A DNA stretch of 64,000 nucleotides from an uncultured Actinomycetes bacterium (lineage in GTDB: Bacteria > Actinomycetota > Thermoleophilia > Gaiellales > Gaiellaceae): assembly GCA_963819275.1 (NCBI GenBank), contig CAWFVH010000011.1, positions 3,744-67,743 of the forward strand, written 5' to 3'. Below, one piece after another: positions 39,000-46,715 of the stretch. A program made the position numbers and the translations under genes. A model generated the notes under the pieces. The model was given only the letters and a program-made list of their open reading frames with translations. It was not told where the DNA came from and did no database searches. Every line of letters begins with the position of its first letter. The first letter of the stretch is position 1.

Positions 39000-39545
39000 G
39001 TGTCGGGGCCGCTGAAGCTCGGGGGACAGTCGCTCGCAGTGGCAGGGGTCGGATTCCTCGCGGCCCTCCTCGTCTGGCATCTGACGCACCAGACGCCGCC
39101 GCCCAAGGCCGGCTCACGAGCGCCCGCCTTCTCGCTCCCGCGCCTCCGGGGGAGCGGCAACATCTCGCTCGCGTCCTTCCACGGCAAGACGGTCGTGCTC
39201 AACTTCTTCGCGTCATGGTGCGAGCCGTGCAAGCGCGAGGCACCCGCCCTCGAGACGCTCTGGCGGCGCAACCGCGCGGACGGCGTCGTCGTCCTCGGCG
39301 TCGACAGCGGAGACACCAGAGGCAGCGCGAGGAGCTTCCTCGGCGCGCACGGCGTCACGTACCCGATCGCGTTCGATCCCGACGAGAAGCTCGCCCTGGG
39401 GGCGTACGCCGTTCCGGGGCTGCCCGTCACCTACGTGATCGATCCGGCTGGCCGGATCGTCGGGGCGCCGGTGCTCGGCGCGGTCGACAGCAGTGCCTAC
39501 AGCGGAGAGTTCAACCGCGAGCTGAAGGCGGCGAGCACGGCGTGA
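39000..39545 (+). CDS. TlpA/ResA-family thiol-disulfide oxidoreductase (membrane-anchored thioredoxin)
   Basis: 181 aa with an N-terminal anchor and the thioredoxin motif NFFASWCEPCKRE. Confidence 0.85.
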   Translation: MSGPLKLGGQSLAVAGVGFLAALLVWHLTHQTPPPKAGSRAPAFSLPRLRGSGNISLASFHGKTVVLNFFASWCEPCKREAPALETLWRRNRADGVVVLGVDSGDTRGSARSFLGAHGVTYPIAFDPDEKLALGAYAVPGLPVTYVIDPAGRIVGAPVLGAVDSSAYSGEFNRELKAASTA

Positions 39546-40078
39546 CCAAGCGGTTGAAAGGCACGGCCCAGCTGGTGGCGCTCGCGTGCGTGGCGGGACT
39601 GCTCGCGCTTCTCGTCTGGCAGGTGGCGCACCAGCAGCACGCACCGACCGTGGGCTCGGTGGCGCCGGTGTTCACGCTGCACCGGCTCGAAGGTCCGGGC
39701 AGGGTCTCGCTGGCCGCGTACCGGGGCAAGCCGGTCGTGCTGAACTTCTGGGCGTCGTGGTGCCAGCCGTGCAAGAGCGAGGCCGCCGTGCTCCAGCGTG
39801 ACTGGACGAGCTACCGCCGACGCGGCGTCGTCTTCCTCGGTGTCGACTACCACGACCTCGACAGTGATGCTCGCCGCTTCGTGAACGCGCACGAGCTGAC
39901 GTTCCCGATGCTCGAGGACGGGTCGGGCGCGGTGACCGGGCGATACGGGATCTCGCAGGTGCCGGAGACGTACGTGCTCGACCGGCAGGGACGGGTCGTC
40001 CTGCACCTCGCCGGCCCGATCACCGATCCGGGCTTTGCCGGCAAGTTCCGCGACGCTCTGGCGAAGGCCGACGCGTGA
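39542..40078 (+). CDS. TlpA/ResA-family thiol-disulfide oxidoreductase, second paralog
   Basis: 178 aa from GTG 39542 (GTGA overlap), with an anchor helix and NFWASWCQPCKSE. Confidence 0.85.
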   Translation: MTKRLKGTAQLVALACVAGLLALLVWQVAHQQHAPTVGSVAPVFTLHRLEGPGRVSLAAYRGKPVVLNFWASWCQPCKSEAAVLQRDWTSYRRRGVVFLGVDYHDLDSDARRFVNAHELTFPMLEDGSGAVTGRYGISQVPETYVLDRQGRVVLHLAGPITDPGFAGKFRDALAKADA

Positions 40079-40539
40079 TGTTGCGGTTCGCCGCGGTGGT
40101 CGTCGTCGCGCTGGCGTTCGCAGGGCCGGCCGCCGCGGCGTGCACGCAGCCGCGCACCTCGCAGGGCTATCTCGACGGCCAGGTCATGTGCCCGACCTGC
40201 CACACGACGCTCGACATGTCCGACTCGCAGGCCGCGGTGCAGATCAAGGGCTTCATCGCGAAGAAGATCGCCGCCTGCTGGACGGCGAAGCAGATCGAGA
40301 CGGCGCTCGTCGCAAACTACGGGCAGCAGATCCTCGCGGCTCCGTCGCACAAGGGATTCGACCTGCTCGCGTGGTGGCTGCCGATCGTGGGCGTTCTCGC
40401 CGGCGCGCTCGCACTCGCCTTCGGGGTCTGGCGCTGGAGCCGCAGGTCGGGACCCGAGGAGCCGGCCGAGCCCGCAGGCTCCGGGCTCGACGACGAGACC
40501 GAGCGGCGCCTCGACGAGGTGCTGGCGCGCTTCGAGTGA
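40075..40539 (+). CDS. CcmH/NrfF-family cytochrome c-type biogenesis protein
   Basis: 154 aa. Signal peptide, CPTC redox motif followed by LDMSDS, then a C-terminal TM helix; this layout is typical of CcmH. The start overlaps the upstream stop. Confidence 0.75.
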   Translation: MMLRFAAVVVVALAFAGPAAAACTQPRTSQGYLDGQVMCPTCHTTLDMSDSQAAVQIKGFIAKKIAACWTAKQIETALVANYGQQILAAPSHKGFDLLAWWLPIVGVLAGALALAFGVWRWSRRSGPEEPAEPAGSGLDDETERRLDEVLARFE

Positions 40540-41249
40540 TGGGCGGGCGCCTCGGCATCTCCTTTGCCGCCGGCTTCGTCTCGATCGTCCTGCCGTGCGT
40601 GCTGCCGCTCGTTCCGGGCTACCTCGCGGCGCTGTCGAGCGTCGAAGCCGGGCAGCTCGGCCAGCGCGGCACGGCCAGGCGCGTCGTGGTCTCGAGCCTG
40701 CCGTTCATCTTCGGCTTCACAGTCGTCTTCGTCGTCCTGGGCGCCGGAGCCGCCGCCGTCGGGAGTGTCCTCTCGGCGGAGGCCCGCACGCAGGTAGCCG
40801 GCTTCATCCTCATCGTGCTCGGCCTCGCGTTCGTCGGGCTGCTGCCCGTGCCCGAGCGCGTGCTGGCGCCGGGTTTGCTCACGGGAGCCCGGCGGCGCGG
40901 TTCCGGCGCCCTCCTCGGCGGGGCGTTCGCCGTCTGCGCCGCGCCCTGCATCGGCAGCGTGCTCGGCGCCGTGCTCGTCCTCGCGAGCACGAGCGGAACC
41001 GTGCTGAAGGGGACCGTGCTCCTCGCTGCGTACGCGCTCGGCCTGGGCGCGGCGTTCCTCGTCGCCGGTCTTGCGTTCGCCCGCGCGATGGGGGCCTTCC
41101 GCTGGCTCCGCGATCGCTACATGCTGATCCAAATGGCGAGCGGCATCGTGCTGATCGCGCTGGGGCTGCTTCTCTTCTTCCATCGCGAGTGGTGGCTCCA
41201 GGTCGGGGTCAATCGCGCCTTGATCGACCTCGGTCTCGCGAAGCCCTAG
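40539..41249 (+). CDS. ccdA: cytochrome c biogenesis protein CcdA (DsbD-type transmembrane electron carrier)
   Basis: 236 aa from ATG 40539 (1-nt overlap with the TGA). Six TM helices and the two conserved membrane Cys (LPCVLPLVPGY; VCAAPCIG). Confidence 0.85.
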   Translation: MGGRLGISFAAGFVSIVLPCVLPLVPGYLAALSSVEAGQLGQRGTARRVVVSSLPFIFGFTVVFVVLGAGAAAVGSVLSAEARTQVAGFILIVLGLAFVGLLPVPERVLAPGLLTGARRRGSGALLGGAFAVCAAPCIGSVLGAVLVLASTSGTVLKGTVLLAAYALGLGAAFLVAGLAFARAMGAFRWLRDRYMLIQMASGIVLIALGLLLFFHREWWLQVGVNRALIDLGLAKP

Positions 41250-41416
41250 AAGGAGGGTTTGGCGAAACTCAGACTGGGCCGCTGGCGCACGTTGCTCGCT
41301 CGCTGAGCGGCGTCCTCAGTCGCTCGAATAGCGCTGCTATTCGACCTCCCTGCGTCCTTGTCAGCGAACGACCATCGCACGCCGACGACGAGCGGCCTTC
41401 CGCCGAACCCTCCTAG
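41246..41416. repeat. CTAG-bounded palindromic intergenic element (long copy)
   Basis: The whole convergent spacer is framed by inverted repeats GGAGGGTTTGGCG / CGCCGAACCCTCC that include both stop codons. Nested hairpins include TCGAATAG-cgctg-CTATTCGA at 41324-41344. The ends and the core CGACGACGAGCGGCyTTCCGCC are shared with 57865-57931. Confidence 0.6.
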
Positions 41417-41742
41417 ACCCGCGGCGGCGCGAGCTCGAGCAGGCCCTCGGCAACGCAGGCCCGAGCCGCCTCGATCTGCAAGAGCACGTCCTTGACGTCG
41501 ACCCCGCGATGCTCCGGCGCAAACGGCGAGAGCCGGCGCGTCGCCTTGTCCAGCTGGCTCGCGGTGGCGACGGGCTTACCGCGTCCGGCCTGGTACCACG
41601 CGACGGCGACGTGGACGAGCCCCTGGAAGAAATCCCGCTCCTCTGCCGGCGCGGCGCGCCACGCATCTTCGAGCTCTTCATGCGCCTCGAAGTAGCGTCC
41701 GGCGCGAATTGCCTCGAGCCCGCGCTTGTATGCAGCGTCCAT
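41413..41742 (-). CDS. DUF309 domain-containing protein
   Basis: 109 aa. RYFEAHEELEDAWR...FFQGLVHVAVAWYQ is the DUF309 pattern. Confidence 0.75.
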   Translation of the reverse strand: MDAAYKRGLEAIRAGRYFEAHEELEDAWRAAPAEERDFFQGLVHVAVAWYQAGRGKPVATASQLDKATRRLSPFAPEHRGVDVKDVLLQIEAARACVAEGLLELAPPRV

Positions 41743-41761
41743 CGCCCTTTAACCTTCCCTC

Positions 41762-42079
41762 GTGGCCACGATCCTGCTGTGTGGGGTCGACCTCTTTATG
41801 CGGGGGAAGCTCGAGGCGATCCTGCCCGGCCATCGTCTCATCACGACCGACCATACGGAGGACCCGGAGCTCGTTCTCGCGGACATCTCGCGTATCGACG
41901 CCGAAGAGGTCGCGGACGCCTATCCCGACATCCCGATCGTCGGTTTCACGAACCACACGGACACGTCCGGGCTGCGCGCTGCGCACGCGGCCGGCTTCGA
42001 CCAGGTGCTCGCGAAGTCGGCACTTGCAGAGCGGCTCGCCGACGTCGTGGCCGAGCTTTCAGGATCTCCTGAACCCTGA
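41762..42079 (+). CDS. stand-alone receiver-like (pseudo-receiver) domain protein
   Basis: 105 aa from a GTG start. CheY-like alternation (ILLCGVD, LVLADISRID, IVGFTNH, LAKSA), but the acidic pair is not conserved. Confidence 0.5.
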   Translation: MATILLCGVDLFMRGKLEAILPGHRLITTDHTEDPELVLADISRIDAEEVADAYPDIPIVGFTNHTDTSGLRAAHAAGFDQVLAKSALAERLADVVAELSGSPEP

Positions 42080-42126
42080 CGGTTGAGGGTGCGTCCGTCC
42101 GCGGCGGCTATCTACAGTAGGGCGCT

Positions 42127-42432
42127 GTGACGTACATCATCGCCGAGCCCTGCATCGACATCAAAGACCGCTCCTGCGTCGACGTCTGCCCGGTCGATTG
42201 CATCCACGAGTTCGACCGGATCCTGATCATCGATCCCGAGGAGTGCATCGACTGCGGGGCGTGCGAGCCGGAGTGCCCGGTCGAGGCGATCTTCCCCGAG
42301 GACGCGCTACCGGACAAGTGGAACGCGTTCGTGGAGATCAACTACGCCTACGACAAGGGCGCGGACGTCATCAACGGGCTCACGCAAAAATATGCGGACG
42401 AGAACAACGTCCAGAACGAGCCCATCGAATAA
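42127..42432 (+). CDS. fdxA: ferredoxin (7Fe, [3Fe-4S][4Fe-4S] type)
   Basis: 101 aa. TYIIAEPCIDIKDRSCVDVCPVDCIH...CIDCGACEPECP is the classic actinobacterial FdxA cysteine pattern. Confidence 0.9.
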   Translation: MTYIIAEPCIDIKDRSCVDVCPVDCIHEFDRILIIDPEECIDCGACEPECPVEAIFPEDALPDKWNAFVEINYAYDKGADVINGLTQKYADENNVQNEPIE

Positions 42433-42451
42433 TCGCGGCGCGTCGGGGTAA

Positions 42452-43162
42452 GTGCCGGTCATGCACCCGAAGACGCTCGACCACGTCGCCTACTGGCTCG
42501 CAGACCGCGATGCCGTCGCGGATTTCGCCGTCCGCCACCTCGGGATGCACGTGGTCGACAGAACGGACGCGTTCACGCTCGTCGGCGCCGACGCACGGCG
42601 TGGGAAGCTGACGCTCTTCGCGGCCGGCGGGCCTCGGGAACGTGGGGCGCTCGAGCACGTCGCGCTGCGCGTACGCGACCTCGAGGGGGCGCTTGCTCAG
42701 CTGCCCGACGACCTTGAGATCGAGCGGCGGAGCGAGGGCGAGGCGTACTTCGAGCTGGCAGAGGGTGTCGCGCTCGGCCTCGTCGAGGCCGAGACGGATC
42801 TCGACTACGACCTCGACCATGTCGCGCTGCGTTCGGCGGACCCGCCGACCGCGGCCACCGACTATTGCTCGCTCGGCTTTCGGGCCGCCCCGCCCGGTCG
42901 ATCCGGGTACCCGCGGGTCGAGGTGGGCGGGGCGTGGGTCGAGTTCCAGCCTGGCGAGTCGGGAGCGCCGGAGCGGCCGCTCCTCAACCACCTAGCCGTC
43001 CTCGTCGACTCGGCGGACGAGCACGAGGCCGCCGCTCGGGACCTCGGCGTGGAGATCGACGACGTGGTGGACGCGCCGAACACCCTCGCGGTGTTCGTCT
43101 GGGGCCCGGAACGCGTCCGGATCGAGTACGTCGAGCACAAGCCGACGTTCTCGCTGACCTGA
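42452..43162 (+). CDS. two-domain VOC (glyoxalase/bleomycin resistance/dioxygenase) family protein
   Basis: 236 aa (alternative ATG 42461). Two VOC modules (LDHVAYW..., LDHVALR..., LNHLAVL...). Confidence 0.65.
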   Translation: MPVMHPKTLDHVAYWLADRDAVADFAVRHLGMHVVDRTDAFTLVGADARRGKLTLFAAGGPRERGALEHVALRVRDLEGALAQLPDDLEIERRSEGEAYFELAEGVALGLVEAETDLDYDLDHVALRSADPPTAATDYCSLGFRAAPPGRSGYPRVEVGGAWVEFQPGESGAPERPLLNHLAVLVDSADEHEAAARDLGVEIDDVVDAPNTLAVFVWGPERVRIEYVEHKPTFSLT

Positions 43163-43163
43163 G

Positions 43164-44159
43164 TTGCACGTCACCGTTGCGGGCGCTGGAATGGCAGGCC
43201 TCGTCGCCGCTGCGCGCCTGCGCGAGCTCGGGCACGAGCCGCGCGTACTCGAGAAGGGAATACGGCCGGGCGGCTCGATGCTTCTCTCCTCCTGCGTCGT
43301 GTGGCGGCATCTCGAGTGGGAGCGGTTCCGCGACGAGTGCCCCGGCGGCGACGAACAGCTGCAGCGGCTGATCTGGGAGCGTCTCGACGGCGGGCTCGCG
43401 TGGCTCGAATCGCTCGGCGCCGAGCCGGTCTGGCGCGACACCGAGAAGCCGTTCACGACCGGCCGCCGCTACGACCCACAGGCGCTGACGGAGCTTCTCG
43501 TGGAGGCGGCGGGAGGGGTGGAGCTCGAGCAGCCGCTCCCGGCAGACGCCGAGCCACCCGTCCTGCTCGCGACGGGTGGGTTCGGCGGTCGGCTGGCGCG
43601 CGAGCGCGATCTGCTCCTGCGGGCGAATCCGTGGAGCGAGGGCGACGGACTCGACTTCGCCGTCGCTCGCGGCGCACGAACCACTGCGGGGATGGACGAG
43701 TTCTACGGTCGTGCGATGCCGGCCCCGCCGGCGCGGATCAGCGAGGAGGACTTCGTCCCGCTCGCACAGCTCTACGGCCGAGAGGCGCGCATCTTCACGA
43801 ACGACTGGAGTGAGATAACGCCTCGACGCGTCGCGTGGCACGAGAACGACCTCGTTCAGATGATCGGCCGCCGCGCGTGGTACTGCGTCAGCGAGACGAA
43901 CGACCGGATCGAGGCCGTCCGGGAGGCCGGCGGTACCGTCATCGACCAGGAGCTCGGCCTCGCGGTGCACGTCGCGGGTGCGGTGACGCACACGATCGGC
44001 GGCCTGCGAGTTGACGAGCAGGCGCATGTGGCCGGCGTCGAGGGCGTCTGGGCTGCCGGAGTCGATGCGGGCGGCGTGGCGACGGGCGGCTACTCGAGCG
44101 GCCTCGCGCAGGCGCTCGTGCTCGGCCTGGCCGCCGCCGACTCGATCGCGGCGCGCTAG
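43164..44159 (+). CDS. FAD-binding oxidoreductase (fumarate reductase/succinate dehydrogenase flavoprotein-like)
   Basis: 331 aa. N-terminal dinucleotide fold VTVAGAGMAGLVAAARL and C-terminal GVWAAGVDAGG. Confidence 0.7.
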   Translation: MHVTVAGAGMAGLVAAARLRELGHEPRVLEKGIRPGGSMLLSSCVVWRHLEWERFRDECPGGDEQLQRLIWERLDGGLAWLESLGAEPVWRDTEKPFTTGRRYDPQALTELLVEAAGGVELEQPLPADAEPPVLLATGGFGGRLARERDLLLRANPWSEGDGLDFAVARGARTTAGMDEFYGRAMPAPPARISEEDFVPLAQLYGREARIFTNDWSEITPRRVAWHENDLVQMIGRRAWYCVSETNDRIEAVREAGGTVIDQELGLAVHVAGAVTHTIGGLRVDEQAHVAGVEGVWAAGVDAGGVATGGYSSGLAQALVLGLAAADSIAAR

Positions 44160-44350
44160 CCGGCCAGGTACGCGCAGACGCGGCGGTCGCCGGGCAGCGG
44201 CGACGGGCCGAGCTTCGTCACGCGTAGCTGTTCGCCCTCGACCTCGACCTGGGAGCCGATGGACGGCGCGTCGCCGTCCTGCTCGACGAGCTCGTAGCCC
44301 GATGTCTTCCAGACAAAGAGGAGATGCTGGTGTGCGCCGTTGCCGTCCAC
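44156..44350 (-). CDS. small hypothetical protein (64 aa)
   Basis: GTG start, strong GC3 bias and non-repetitive composition. Last gene of the RR-HK operon. Its stop shares CTAG with the convergent FAD gene. Confidence 0.5.
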   Translation of the reverse strand: MDGNGAHQHLLFVWKTSGYELVEQDGDAPSIGSQVEVEGEQLRVTKLGPSPLPGDRRVCAYLAG

Positions 44351-44360
44351 AGCGCGAAGA

Positions 44361-45041
44361 CTAATCGTCGCCCGTCGGCTGGCCGCGCAGTTCGAGTCTC
44401 ATGGTCGTTCCCTCTACCTCGTGGTCGAGCGTGAGCGTGGCCCCGAGGGTCCGGGCCCGTTCGCCGAGCACTTCGAGAGCGCGCCGCCGGCGCTCGGTCG
44501 GCGCGTCGTCCTTGATCACGAGGCTGAGTGTTCCGGGCGCATCGGAGGTGGCCGTGACCTCGAAGCGGGAGGGAGGCCCGCGGCGAATGGCTTCCTCGAG
44601 TGCCTCACGCACGATCTGGTAGAGCGCGGCCTGGGTTCGCTCGCCCAGCTCGTCGATCAGCGCAACGTCGAGCGAGATAGCGATCCGGTGCTCGCGGCCG
44701 CGGGACTGCACGAGCGCGTCGACCGCCGCAGTGAATCCGTGATCGCGCAGTGCGACCGGCTCGAGGTTGAAGGAGAGGTCGCGGAGCTCCCCGACCGTCG
44801 TCCTCGTGCGGGCCAGCGCGCGGTCGAGGATCTCGCGCGCCTGGTCGGACTCGCCGCGGCTGATCAGGTCGAGCGACGCGTCGAGCATCAGCGCCACGCC
44901 GGCAAGCGACTGCACCGGGCCGTCGTGGAGAAACAGCGCGATGCGCCGCCGCTCGTCTTGCTCCGCCGCGAGCACCTGCTCGGCCGGCCCGCCGTTTGCA
45001 GCGGTGGCCGCGTGGCTCTCGGTGTCGGTCGACGCCTTCAC
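44361..45041 (-). CDS. sensor-less histidine kinase (HisKA_3 + HATPase_c only)
   Basis: 226 aa from GTG 45039-45041 (1-nt overlap with the RR stop). H-box ERRRIALFLHDGPVQSL and an ATPase domain. No TM or input domain. The upstream part of the listed ORF lies out of frame inside the RR gene. Confidence 0.75.
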   Translation of the reverse strand: MKASTDTESHAATAANGGPAEQVLAAEQDERRRIALFLHDGPVQSLAGVALMLDASLDLISRGESDQAREILDRALARTRTTVGELRDLSFNLEPVALRDHGFTAAVDALVQSRGREHRIAISLDVALIDELGERTQAALYQIVREALEEAIRRGPPSRFEVTATSDAPGTLSLVIKDDAPTERRRRALEVLGERARTLGATLTLDHEVEGTTMRLELRGQPTGDD

Positions 45042-45652
45042 TAGTCGATGATCGCTTCGCGCAGCGCGATTGCGACCGCGTGCGTGCGCGTGTCTGCTTC
45101 GAGCTTGGCGAGGATGTGCCGGACATGGCTCTTCACGGTCTCCTGGCTGATGAAGAGCTGCGTCGCGACGTCGGCGTTCGACATTCCGTCGGCCAGGAGC
45201 TGGAGAATCTCGCGCTCCCGCCCGGTCAGCATGTCGTCCTTGTCGCGGCCCGTCAGGAAGGCCGGCATGAGCGCCGGGTCGACGTAGCCCTCGCCGCTCG
45301 CAACCTTCTCGATCGCGCGCAGCAGCGTCTCGTGCGGCGCCTCCTTCAGGACGTAGCCCTTCGCGCCCGACTCGAGGCCGCGGCTGAGCAGACTCCGCTC
45401 GCTGTAGGCCGTGAAGATGAGGACGGAGCTGTCGGGCACCTTTTCCATCAACACCTTCGTCGCCTCGAGCCCATCCATGCCGGGCATGCGGACGTCCATA
45501 ATCACGACGTTGGGACGGCGCCGCTCGGCGAGCGCGACGGCGGTCTCGCCGTCGGCCGCCTCCCCGATCACACGGATGTGCGGCGCTCGGCTGAGCGACA
45601 GGCGAAGCCCCTCGCGCACGACCTCGTGGTCGTCCACGATCAGGCAAGTGAT
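45041..45652 (-). CDS. NarL/LuxR-family response regulator
   Basis: Receiver domain (CLIVDDHEVV, VIMDVRMPGMDG, LIFTAYS, KGYVLK) plus a LuxR HTH (LTGREREILQLLADGMSNADVATQLFISQETVKSH). There is no ATG/GTG/TTG between beta-1 and the upstream radical-SAM stop. Start provisionally placed at ATC 45650-45652. Confidence 0.75.
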   Translation of the reverse strand: MTCLIVDDHEVVREGLRLSLSRAPHIRVIGEAADGETAVALAERRRPNVVIMDVRMPGMDGLEATKVLMEKVPDSSVLIFTAYSERSLLSRGLESGAKGYVLKEAPHETLLRAIEKVASGEGYVDPALMPAFLTGRDKDDMLTGREREILQLLADGMSNADVATQLFISQETVKSHVRHILAKLEADTRTHAVAIALREAIID

Positions 45653-45698
45653 CTCGGCAGCGGCTATAGCCGGGAGATCATAGTTCCGCGATCTGCTG

Positions 45699-46598
45699 TC
45701 ACATCGCCGCGATCTGGAGCTGCTCGGCCTGCGCGGCGGGCTCGAGCCGCACACGCCGCCTGTCGCGGACGCCGTGGCTGCGTGTGAGCGACCGGACTTG
45801 CTCCCGCACCGGATCGGTCTCGCGCCTCGGGAGATAAGCCCCGCGGCGGTAGAGCTGCTCGTACCTGGGCAGGAGCTCCGGCCAGTCGCGCTCGAGTGCG
45901 GCGAGGAAGTGCTCGCGCGTCCCGGGACGCAGATAGAGGAGGCTCGCCCAGATCCCCGTCGCACCCGCCGCCCGCGCCTCGCGCACCACGTCGGCGAGCA
46001 GTTCGGGCCGGTCGCTCAGGCCCGGCAGGATCGGCGCCATGCCGACGCGCGCGTCGATGCCTGCCTCCACCAGCCGCGAGAGCGCACGCAGCCGCTGGCG
46101 CGGCGGCGACGTTCCCGGCTCGGTGCAGCGCCAGATCTCGGCGTCGAGCGTCGGGACGGAGAAGGTCACGGACACGTCCGCGCGGCGGGCCGCCTCGACG
46201 AGCACGTCGATGTCGCGCACGATGAGCGGCCCCCGCGTGATGATCGAGAAGGGGCTGGCGGCCTCGGCGAACGCCTCGATGCAGCCTCGCGTCAGCTGGT
46301 AGCGGCCCTCGGCCGGCTGATACGGATCGGTCGCGGCGCCGACCGCCGCAGGCTCGCGCTGCCAGGAGGCGCGCCCGAGCTCCCGCCGGAGGACGTCGAC
46401 GACGTTCGTCTTGACGCGGATGCTCGCGCCGTAGCGGTCGTCCCACGGCCGGTCGGCGCGTGCCTCGAAGGCGCGGACGTAACAGAACGTGCACCGGTGG
46501 GCACAGCCCATGTAGGGATTGAGCGTCCACGCGAACGGCATGCCGCGGACGCGGTTGAGTGCGTTGCGGCACGGCTCCTCTCGGTACTCGGCTCGCAT
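45699..46598 (-). CDS. radical SAM protein (SplB-like / COG1533 DNA-repair photolyase family)
   Basis: 299 aa with the CxxxCxxC cluster CAHRCTFCY near the N-terminus. The overall pattern matches the Rv2578c-like family. Confidence 0.8.
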   Translation of the reverse strand: MRAEYREEPCRNALNRVRGMPFAWTLNPYMGCAHRCTFCYVRAFEARADRPWDDRYGASIRVKTNVVDVLRRELGRASWQREPAAVGAATDPYQPAEGRYQLTRGCIEAFAEAASPFSIITRGPLIVRDIDVLVEAARRADVSVTFSVPTLDAEIWRCTEPGTSPPRQRLRALSRLVEAGIDARVGMAPILPGLSDRPELLADVVREARAAGATGIWASLLYLRPGTREHFLAALERDWPELLPRYEQLYRRGAYLPRRETDPVREQVRSLTRSHGVRDRRRVRLEPAAQAEQLQIAAM

Positions 46599-46611
46599 CC
46601 CTGGAGGATAG

Positions 46612-46625
46612 CGAACGTATGTTCG
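46612..46625. promoter_or_regulatory. LexA (Cheo/SOS) box CGAACGTATGTTCG
   Basis: Perfect match to the Gram-positive/actinobacterial consensus CGAAC-RNRY-GTTCG. It lies 14 nt upstream of the radical-SAM ATG, in the divergent intergenic region. Confidence 0.65.
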
Positions 46626-46715
46626 TTTGGGCTGCGCGCTCCGGGTCGCTCCCTATACTCCGGCCGGAGAGTTGGTCGAGAACCCTCCTAGTACCTACGC
46701 CCTCGAGGTGAGGGC

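Noticed and set aside
41250-41306. AAGGAGG followed by a TTG-initiated 15-codon micro-ORF just after ccdA
   Set aside because: The spacing between the SD-like sequence and the TTG is only 2 nt. The AAGGAGGG is better explained as one arm of the palindromic element (it pairs with CCCTCCT at 41408-41414).
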